From Octopus sinensis (taxonomy: Eukaryota): DNA of 64,000 nucleotides. The notes beneath the pieces are model-generated. The model made no database searches. It saw nothing but the letters and a program-made list of their open reading frames with translations, and was not told the DNA's origin. Numbering within the stretch: the stretch's first letter is position 1; each line of letters starts with the position of its first letter. Positions 53,451-64,000 of this stretch are shown in pieces. The stretch is from assembly GCF_006345805.1 (NCBI RefSeq), contig NC_042998.1, positions 113,956,001 to 114,020,000 on the forward strand, in the 5' to 3' direction. The translations under genes were made by a program, and so were the position numbers.

Positions 53451-54119
53451 TTGACAATAACACTGAATTAGTGGCCTTATAACAAATAAAGTTGGTCTGT
53501 TCAACAGAAACACAAACGACCACCCATCATTAATTCGTATGCAAGCATACAAGCTGGGCACGAGGAAGATTGCCAAACGTTTCAGAGAATGGCCCCTTAT
53601 ACAGTATGAAGACAAACTATGTGCGGATTATTGTTATTGAAATCTAAATACGACAATCATGCCGAATAAAATGTTTTTACTGGTATACAACAAAATCACA
53701 GTGTGATATGTAAACGATTAAAATCGAAATTGCCGAGAAAATAAAATTGAGTGCAAAGAGAAAGAAAGGGCAACTCAGACGGCATAGTGCAGTATTATAT
53801 AGAGGGAAATATCATTAATGTTGTTATTTAGTATAATCGCTTCATAAAAGATGTTTTGTGTTCACAAATAATGTATATGTATGCATGTATGAAAGCAATT
53901 ATTTATGAATGGATGTATGTACATATGTATGTGTATAGTATATTTAATGTTCAGAAATGATTTTTATACATATGCATGAATACATGTAACTATGCAAATA
54001 CATGTATAAACACTTTATATACGTAATCTGTATATATGGACGAAAGTATGTATGCAAATGTGCATGTATGTAGAGAGGAATACATGTATGTCTGTATGCA
54101 TCTTATAAAACGAAGTAAA

Positions 54120-55165
54120 AAGCTCTCAAAACTTTATCATGAAGAAACGGAAGAAAATGGTTGTATTTCATGAAAATGTGCTACCGGTTTCAATCGTTTT
54201 CAAATTGATTTTATTTACACACTGATAGAAGAGAAAATAAATTGAAATAAAATGCATCAATCTTTCCGGATATCATTTCATATCTACATGGTGCTGGTTA
54301 TTGGTTTCATTCTGATGGCTGCTGGGTAGTATTTATAGTAACAATTTTATCAGTGGCAGTTTTTCTTTTGTTCCTTATTAGCAATGTTCGTATCAAGGAG
54401 TGTTTTGTTGTAGCAGCAGCACCGGTGTAATGGCCATGGTAGTAGTAGTGGATGTATTAGTCTCATTAGTAGAAGCAGCTGTAGCAGCTTAGGCAGTAGC
54501 TGTTCTAGTAGAAATGATAGAAGTGCTAGAATCTGTGGTCATATTGGGAGTAACTTGTAATATTAGTAGTACCGGTATTAGCAGAAGTAGTACAAGTTTT
54601 AGTTGTAGCAGCATCAGCATCAGCAGTATTAGTGGTTTCAATATTTGCCGTTGTCCTTTTTCTCCCACTGTGGTTTGGAAGTGGTCAGTATTTAGTTATG
54701 AAAGTTCTTTCTTTTGTTCACGTGCAGTTGGCAAATTCATTTAAGGGGAAGAAAGAAAAAATTGGTGTTTCTTATCGGAACATGTTTCTACATGTTCATT
54801 GAGTTCTATTTGTCTATATTCCAATATTTTAATTTGCAGAGTCATATGTTTTCTTAAAGACATCCTGGTTTGCTCCGTGTATTTCTCACCACAGACTGAG
54901 CATGTCATTTCATAATTAGTTTTGAGATGCACAGGCGAAGTAATTTGTTTTTTTTTTATTGTGAAGAGTTGCCCTTATTTAAAATGGATTTCCAACCTTC
55001 TGTTTGGTTCAAATATATATCACAGTTGGATCTTCTGTATTTTTGTATATAGTTGTTCCTGTTGTTATTGTGTGAAGTCTTTTTCATTGATTTACGATGT
55101 TTTGCTTTTTATAATGATCTTTGATGGATTTAGTTCAGCCTGGGATCCTTTTTCAGTGTCGATGT
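54120..55165 (-). pseudogene. 3' fragment of a Penelope-like element (GIY-YIG endonuclease)
   Basis: Minus-strand LKKDPRL, RRSNCD, GQLFTIK, FACASQN and YEMTCSVCGEKYTEQTRMSLRKHMTL..EYRQIELNEHVETCS match the PLE linker and GIY-YIG domain. A decayed hammerhead-like GAAACCGGTA lies at 54178-54220. Confidence 0.8.
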
Positions 55166-55344
55166 TTTGAAACATCATGTCGTAAGCCTGGATTTTTGGT
55201 AACCACAGCAGCCACTAATACTATGACTTCTACTGCTGCTGCTGTTGTTAGAATCCCTAGAACCTCTATCGATTCCACTACAGCTACTAGTCCCACCCTT
55301 ACAATTGAAGCAGAGGAACAAATAACTACAGACAGAATTCAATT

Positions 55345-56380
55345 TGTTACGAAATCTTGTTTTCAAACTCATTAAATTAAGGGTTTAGGCTCTGTTGATA
55401 ACACGAAGCATTGAAATCGCAAACATTGTGAAACATTTCGTTCAATGATTGTATGCTTCCCCGTTTGATGACTGATCTCAATTCGCCGACTGTTGGTGGT
55501 TTTGTACTGCAAACTTTTAAGCCCATCAAAGTAAGCCTAATTTGGCAAATCTCATCAAGGTAGGCACTTATATTCCTATTGTAGCGTGTAGTTGCCAATA
55601 GTACTGGAAATAACACTACATATTTTAAAATCCATATTCTGAATATTTGGCATGGCAAATTGTCACAGTAAGTTCAAGTAAATAGGATCAGTAACAGTGC
55701 CGTTGAAAAATGGTGTCCAATTAATCCTTCTAATGATTGTAATCCTGGTATTTGATTGTAATTCATGTTGAATAACTGTAATTCATGTTGTTCCCAGTAA
55801 TATACTGATTCTCAGGCCCTCAGTAGCTGCAACTGTGGAGGTTAATCGAGTCATTTCAATGTAACCTTGTCATTTCGAAAAATAGTTGTTGGATAGTATG
55901 TATCATCTACATATTTTACCAAGGACTACTGGCAAAACTCTACTCTTTGGTCCGCATCGTCTTTATTAAGAGCATAGACTATTATTTAAATTTAACATAG
56001 CCAATGACAGTGCTTCAGAATTGGACGCTTGATTTTGAAATTTTTGTCTCGCTGTTCGATTGCCGCAAAAATTTTCTTGAAGTCTGGTAATACCTTCTCC
56101 ACTTTCCAGCTTTGTGGGACTTGTCATTGTCTACAACTTTCCAGAATGTTTCTTGAGGACCTTTTGAACAGTTCAATCCGCTTCAAACTTAGCACTAATT
56201 CGAATAATGGTGGGACGGTAAGGTGGTTCTTTTCGAAGCTCCTTCCTAAACAGCCTTTCACTTTTGACAGATTACAATTTCATTTGTTCAAAACCTTAGT
56301 CTGTCTCCATTCAATAATACGGATTAAATCTAAAAAGAAACGGATTGTTAAATTATATATACAATTTTGGGGACACTCTG
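55345..56380 (-). mobile_element. Degenerate Tc1/mariner transposon (DUF4817 HTH type)
   Basis: TA-CAGAGTGTCCCCAAAA terminus at 56380. Translation gives FRKELRKEPPYRPTIIRISAKFEAD*TVQKVLKKHSG, DDADQRVEFCQ, AYLDE and TKPPTVGELRSVI..EMFHNVCD. The other TIR was not found. Confidence 0.8.
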
Positions 56381-57385
56381 TATATATGTATGAATATATG
56401 TATGCACGCACACATACACACACAACCCTCCCCATATATACATACTTTAAGAAATAAATCATTTATTGACAATTCGTAAAGTGTCCCAATATGTTCGGAA
56501 TGTACGTGTATGTGTGCGCGAGTGTTTATACCTGCGTTTCTTACATGTGTTCACACATACGTAGTGAGGTGTGCACGCATCAACAGGAACAAACACATAG
56601 ACATCTGTGAACATATACAGAAGTCCTCACACAAGCGCACTTGTACAAATTATTTTCGTCATGCGTACTCGTATACTTCATGTGTATGTATGTGTGTCTG
56701 TGTGTATATATATATGAATGTGTGTGTATACAGTATCACATCCATATCTACAGTTATACGATTTGTTTAGGAATTGCTATATAGATCTACATCGTTTATT
56801 AATTCTCACGTATTCACTCACACGCTTTTGAGTGATTTGTGTGGGGGAAAAAAGAGTGTAGAATACAATACTGACTGTGTAGATTATATCTACCCAACAA
56901 ACAGACATTAATGATAACTAGTATTCTTTAATAATATCTGTTATCCTCTTATTCTCAAATCAACATCACTTCATTTGGGGATGCGCATATTTTTTTTACA
57001 TAATCTTTTGTGTTTACATCATTTTTCGAGTTGTTCTCCATTTCGTGTTTTCAACGCCGTTTTTACCAATAATATCTTTTTCTCTGGTGGTTTATATTAT
57101 CAATTTATGGAACACAAGAATCTATTTCCCGCAAGTAATACTGTTTTTCTGGAGTGATACATATATTAACGTTGATGGTATGTTCGAACATGTGCATATC
57201 CACGCGTGTATATACATATATGTACCAATATTAATATATATATATATGCTTGTATGTATGTATAGGCTATATATATATATATATATTATATATATATATG
57301 TAGTATGTATCGTATATATATATATTATATATATATAGGTGTGTATGTATATATGCATGTATGAATGAATGTATAATATATATAC

Positions 57386-57435
<50 letters not shown>

Positions 57436-57490
57436 GCATACATTTTATATATAGGCATATATAATACATGTGTATATGAACATATACATA

Positions 57491-57588
<98 letters not shown>

Positions 57589-59579
57589 CATAATAATAAT
57601 TTATATATATATTTTATATATGTATACGTAAACGCACATATACGCATATATACTTACAATTTGTGTATGTGTATCTGCTGTGTCTGTTTTGTGTGTGTGA
57701 ATGTGTTGTGTGTATTGTGTGCTGTATGTGTGTTGTGTATATGTGTGTGTGTGTGTTTGTGTATGTGCGTGTGTATGGATTGCTGAAGACTTGTGTGTGC
57801 AAACAGGGCAATAAGTACTCAATAATACGGACTACAGCGTATGTGCATTATTGAATCGTAGTTCTTGAATACTGTAATACTTATTTAGACAAATAAAGTA
57901 ATCAAACAGGGATACGTACTATCAAAAATGTGCTATCATGACCATCTGATTATATTTTTACCTTAAGTATTTAAGATTTAGCGCCATCATTCTCAGCGCT
58001 CCCTATAAAGCCTATCTGCTACTCACCAAATCAAAATTCCCTCACCAGCTCTTCCTTCCCTTCTAAAACAGCCGCGGACATTTTACAAATCTAGATCCAA
58101 ACTTTCTCCTTTTACTCACACACATACCGCACATCCTATTGCTAGTTATAGTATGCTGTTGGTGGTGTTGGAACTAGTGACTGTTATTGCTTTTGTTCGT
58201 GCACCAGGAGGGTGGTTATGTAATCTGATGAATATTTCTTGCCAATTTTGAAGATCGAATGACCGTATAAAAGCTTTCATTATAAATGTATTGTAGTGAC
58301 TCATTTGGACAGCGAGTTAATTTTCATATAATTTACCTTTAATAGGTAAACACTCATTGATATAAGTCACATTCTCAAACTAGTGGCCGAAGAGAATCTG
58401 CAGATTTTAGGATGAAGGAAGACATATTAAAGAAGGTTATTTCGCAATGATGTAGTTGAGGTCCGGTGCCACTGAGCTCCATTTTAATGGGTGTCTTCGA
58501 CCATATCTTCAGGTAGACCAAAGCTCTTTCAGTGAAATTTAGCAGGCGAAAACTGAAACGAAGGTTATCAAGGGTCCTGCACCTCTCATAGTGGTAGATT
58601 TGACCCTCAATAATCTAATTACACCGATTAGTAAAGAGCCAATGTAAGGGCTTTTATGTGTGTTTTTTTGAACGGCTAGAAATAACAGCCAAATCTCCCA
58701 CAGATCACTTTCAACTGTCTTAAACTGGGAGATACATATTGAATAAGGTAGTCTGAGATAAAGTATGTCTGAAAAGAAGGGATGGTCACAGGAATTATGC
58801 GTTTGTTTATAGATTTAGTGGACCACATCTCACCGACAACTAACCCCCCACCACCACCAACAAAAAAGCCACCACCCCACCACAAACACTACTACCAACA
58901 ATGACAACATCACCTACTGCTTACGTTTACAAAGTTTTCTCTACAGCAAGAATTCGGCCTATGGCTGTAGTCTGAAGAGTATGGGGCTGTAGTCCATGAG
59001 CCGTGGATTCTTCCTCAATTTTCCACCACCTGTGTCGAAAATATAACAAAATAAATAAATAAAAGTACAAAATATAAACTGAAAAATAGCAGCAAAAAAT
59101 ACAAAATGATGGGCATTACTTATTCTTTTATTTATTAGCCATACACAAATGAAAGCTAGGTAAAGTATTTTCCAGTATTTCTTGAGTTTGGTTAAAAAGC
59201 CTGTCAGATGCTATCTAGGATTATTTTCTTTAGATTACATAACAGTAATATACTGGACGTTAATTTACTATACTATCTCTACTGTAAATGTTAATCTCTT
59301 TATTGCTGTTGTGAAGAAAGAGAGATGATAGAGTAATGATGTTAATGTTATATACTATTCAATTTTAGTTATTTGCTTACTAAATTCAGTTGTCACTCTT
59401 TCGATATGAAATCCTGTAGATTCACGTTACTTTTCGCCCCACTCTGATATCGATAAAAGCATTAATAGCCGATTCTTTCGAATACTCTCCCCCACTTCAA
59501 ATATACAAAGTTTCTGTGTTTATTATATATATATATTATATATATAGTGTGTGTGTTTGTATATATATATTTATGTATA

Positions 59580-59625
<46 letters not shown>

Positions 59626-59744
59626 TATATATAATATATACAAATATATATACTACATATATCTATATATATATATATGTATATATATATTATATATATA
59701 TATATATATAAACATATATATATATATACATATGTATATATATT

Positions 59745-59781
<37 letters not shown>

Positions 59782-59853
59782 ATATATATTATATAATATA
59801 TAATATAATATACATATATATATACATAAATATACTACATACATACATACATA

Positions 59854-59902
<49 letters not shown>

Positions 59903-59904
<2 letters not shown>

Positions 59905-60302
59905 GTAAAATATGAAAAATCAACGAAAATGCATATTACAAATAAAAAAAGGCTATTTATGACAGGTAACGACAAATATATACATTTAGATGGACTGAGG
60001 TAGTAATAAGAATCATAAAAGTCATTATTATCAGATGATTATCAGATGATAATAAAGTAAGAGAACAAGCGAACCATGGTTTCGGCAAAAAGCTATTCAT
60101 CGCGATGAATAGATTTTGCCGAAACCATGGTTCGCTTTGTTCTCTTACTTTATTATCATCTGATAATCATCTGATAATAATGACTTTTATGACTCTTATT
60201 ACTACCTCAGGCCATCTAAATGTATATATTTGTCGTTACCTGTCATAAATAGCCTTTTTTTATTTGCAATATGCATTTTCATTGATTATTCCCATTTTAC
60301 CC
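59903..60302. repeat. Near-perfect 400-bp spacerless palindrome inserted in (TA)n
   Basis: Centre TTCATCG|CGATGAA at 60102/60103. The 200-bp arms match with few mismatches, and a ~50-bp unique tail runs to 60351. Confidence 0.95.
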
Positions 60303-60348
60303 TTACATTTCCACGTGTATTTTATATTTTCTTCTTGCAACATATTTC

Positions 60349-60405
<57 letters not shown>

Positions 60406-61031
60406 GTATATATATATATTATATATATATATATATATTATATATATATATATATATTATATATATAATATATATATTATATATATATTAAATATATCTA
60501 TAAATAACTATTATATAGTGTAAGCACTAACCGCAGTGAATTATTACTGCAGCTCTTCGCTTCAGGAATTTCTTAGCGCGCCAGAGCCAAGACATTTGAA
60601 ATTTTATCCCTAATGTAATCGGTAAAACTAAGCACGTGTCTGTCTTGGCACGGAAGGCTGGGGTTAGTTTTTCAGTTTACATTTACAATGAACGAATGCA
60701 CTGAAGAAGCACGGACATTTGAATTATGTAAGTAATTCTTTTGTTAAAGGCCGAAACCGAGGTATGCATTTAATTCTGTTTTTTATATAAATTTTCATCT
60801 GTCCTGCCCGCCAAATTTGGTTCTGGTGTTCGCTGAATTTTTCCTCTAGAGAATTCCTTTGTAGTTTGATCGTTGATGATCTGTTTCTAGCATACGGCCG
60901 ACTTCCTGGCAGTCAAGCCCTGCCAATATACACATATATTAGAAACTTCTCTGACTTCTCAGATTTTTTGTATGCTAGACTACTGGTTTTAAATTGATTT
61001 TAAAATTAATATTAATTTATCTCCCTCATTA

Positions 61032-61075
<44 letters not shown>

Positions 61076-61228
61076 CAAATACCCCAAAACGAACAAATAC
61101 AAAAAGCAAATTACGCGAAGACGTGGTACATGTAAAGTATTAGCATACGCTCAGGGAAGGAAAGAAAGGTGGTTTTACGTTTTAAGTAAAGTTCTTATTC
61201 TGAAACAGGAGATAGAGGAAAGTCCACG
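61076..61228 (-). mobile_element. Degenerate hammerhead-motif element, copy E
   Basis: ACGCGAAGACGTGG...AGTATTAG..TACGCTCAGG.AAGGAAAG..GGTTTTACGTTT aligns to copy D. The core is decayed. It follows (TA)n(GA)n. Confidence 0.6.
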
Positions 61229-61488
61229 CACATTAATGCATATATTATGAAATAGCAATTTGTTTCTTATTGTTTAAATATTTACACTCTAAATTTTATA
61301 TCGTGTATATGATAAATCTGCATGTATGATACAAATGCATTCGTAAACTCTGGTCGCATTTTGAGAAATATCCATTGTCGGCCTAGACTTCCCAACAGAG
61401 AAGAGATGGTCACGACCAGAATGGCTTTGCTGATATGTGTACTGGAATAGAGTCGACTTAGGATAAACAGAAAAAAGAAGAAGAAGGA

Positions 61489-61612
61489 GGAGGAGGAGAA
61501 GAAGAAGAAGAAGAAGAAGAAGAAGAAGAAGAAGAAGAAGAAGAAGAAGAAGAAGAAGAAGAAGAAGAAGAAGAAGAAGAAGAAGAAGAAGAAGAAGAAG
61601 AAGAAGAAGAAG
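61489..61612. repeat. (GAA)n microsatellite
   Basis: Directly visible. Confidence 0.95.
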
Positions 61613-63386
61613 CGCAAGACGTTCAGATTATCTCGGTATGAACATTAAGAGAAAGATTTTCAAAATTTCATTTCGTGTAATTCACTTGGCAAATCAGCTT
61701 CCTCTTTTTCCTATGCCATCCATTATACATTGTTGAACTATGCTTTTTACCTCGGATATTCATCATCTACTCGATATTACATCAAACTCCAAAACGAGTG
61801 ATTAATAACAGATTGCCTATGCTTCTGAAGTATGCGATTTCCTTTCGCCGAAAGTCATTGATTTTTTCCCTCCCTACTAAATCTTGTCTTTCCAAAATTA
61901 TTTCTTTCCGTAATTTCCAAATTTATAAAACTAACATAAATAACAAAAAAAAAAGCAGGAAGTACACAAATAAACAATAAACAAACAAACAAAATAGAAA
62001 AAAAAGCAAAGCACCAGTGCGAGGAAGAAAATTAAAAGGGAAAGCAAATGAAGAGGAAAGATAAACTCAGGCTTAACATGAAAATAATATGAGAGCATCC
62101 CTTAAAAATTACACCAAATAAAGTTGTTGGGATAGAGAATGTCCCCGTTATCGGATAACATGAAATAATAAATAAATGCATCAGTTTATCTCGCTCCTCT
62201 CCCTCGCTCCTTTTTCTCTGTGTGCGCGCGCGTAATATATATATATATTTATATATATACATAGAATTATGCACACACAACTATATCTACAATATATATG
62301 TATATATATACTTACATACATACATACATATAAATATATATATATATGTATTGTATAAAAAGAATTATAGATAAACATAAAAACTTAATATTAAATGTAT
62401 GTATATACATACATATATTTATATAAATACGTTTATATACAGGCATACATCGACACAAATATGCATGCATACATACATACATACATACATACATACATAC
62501 ATACATACATACATAGATACATACATACATACATACATACATACATGCATGTATACATACATAAATACATACACAAACACAAATATATGAAATGAGATAA
62601 ACAGATACAAGATAGCAAAGAAATGAAAAACAAATTAGTACAAACGAAAAAGGGCGGGAAGATAATTTAGAACCGAAAAAAAATATATGTTCTATTTCAT
62701 GAATAAACAGAACCTAAAGTGAAAGTAAAAGTAAATCCAACAACACAACAACAATAGAAAACAAGAATAAACAATAACAACAATAACAATATCATCATCA
62801 ACAACAACAGCAGCACACTGCCATACTGAAGATTGTTAATTGTCGTTTAAGAAAGTAAAGTGCCAATATTATACAATGTATTGCAACGGTTTAATGGGCA
62901 TTGCTGGCGCTTCCGGTTGTTGATCACATGACCTTAGCTGCGATGCCTGTGTGCAAGGACGTAGCATTTATTTGTTTCTGTTGTTGTTACTGATGGTGTT
63001 GTTGGTGTAGTTGTTGCTGTTGTTTTTGTTGTTATTTATTTGTGTTGTGGCAAATATTATCAAGTCGAATTGGAAGCGATAAAAAATAGGGAAAAAGAAA
63101 AATGGCATGGGCGGAGGTGAAGATTAGGTAGGTGGGATCGGTTTCGAGGGGAGGGGGTTAAAGAAAGATAATAATGACGAAAGGAAAACGAAAGAAAATA
63201 TTAAAAGAAAATGTAAAAACCAAGGATGGTTCCGCTGATCTTGGGGAAGAAATTAGGAGATATTTCCTTTAATATGTTTTTTTTTGTGATGTTATTTTCG
63301 GGGGTTAGATCTGTTGGTTTAGTAAAAAGAGACTGATGTGAATGATGGTGGTGGTGGTAGGGGGAAAGAGAATCAGAGAGCGACAA

Positions 63387-63427
<41 letters not shown>

Positions 63428-63477
63428 GAGAGAGAGAATGAGAGATAGAAAGACCGAGAGAGAGAGAGAGAGAGAGT

Positions 63478-63525
<48 letters not shown>

Positions 63526-63555
63526 TGAGAGAGAGAGAGAGTGAGAGAGAGAGAA

Positions 63556-63705
63556 GAGAGAATGAGAGATAGAAAGACTGAGAGAGAGAGAATGAGAGAT
63601 AGAAAGACTGAGAGAGAGAGAATGAGAGATAGAAAGACTGAGAGAGAGAGAATGAGAGATAGAAAGACTGAGAGAGAGAGAGAGAGAGAATGAGAGATAG
63701 AAAGA
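63556..63705. repeat. 30-bp minisatellite derived from (GA)n
   Basis: Unit AATGAGAGATAGAAAGACTGAGAGAGAGAG repeated about four times. Confidence 0.85.
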
Positions 63706-64000
63706 AAGAGAGAGAGAGTCAAAGTGTGAGAGGGAAAAGTGAAAGAGAGAGGATGTGAGACAGAGAGACGGAAAGAGGAACAGAGAGACACAGAGACAGA
63801 AAGAGAGAGAGGTGATAGGAATTGGCGGCGTAGTTTTGCAGGGGGAGTGTGTTGTGTTCGGGAGGGTTTTATAACGGCGTCTGTGAGGATGTGGTGTTGT
63901 GGACAATGGTGTGGAGGTGAGGGGAGAATTTTGGTGATGTGGATGGTAGTGTAGAGGTATCGATGGGGATGTAGGTGGTGGTAGATGATGGGTGGAGGTG

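Overview
AT-rich, microsatellite-saturated eukaryotic DNA. The SINE repertoire and repeat landscape resemble an Octopus (coleoid cephalopod) genome; this comes from recalled family sequences and is not verified. No intact host gene is visible, and nearly all ORFs in the track are translated microsatellites. Real coding signal comes from transposon relics: two related mariner copies, a DUF4817-type Tc1/mariner, a near-intact 5'-truncated CR1-group LINE, and Hero, Dong/R4 and Penelope (GIY-YIG) fragments. There are also hAT MITEs, a probable non-autonomous Helitron carrying a mariner, and several tRNA-derived SINE families. The most notable signals are: (i) five ~150-200 bp elements abutting (TA)n or AT-rich tracts that carry a minimal hammerhead ribozyme fold with covarying stems; (ii) a near-perfect 400-bp palindrome and several hairpin-plus-tail insertions; (iii) a SINE/LINE shared 3' tail with a compensated stem-loop; (iv) a duplicated pair of candidate alternative or micro exons on the + strand near 21.8-22.9 kb, plus non-repetitive enhancer-like islands. 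Together these suggest the window lies inside or near a large, alternatively spliced gene.
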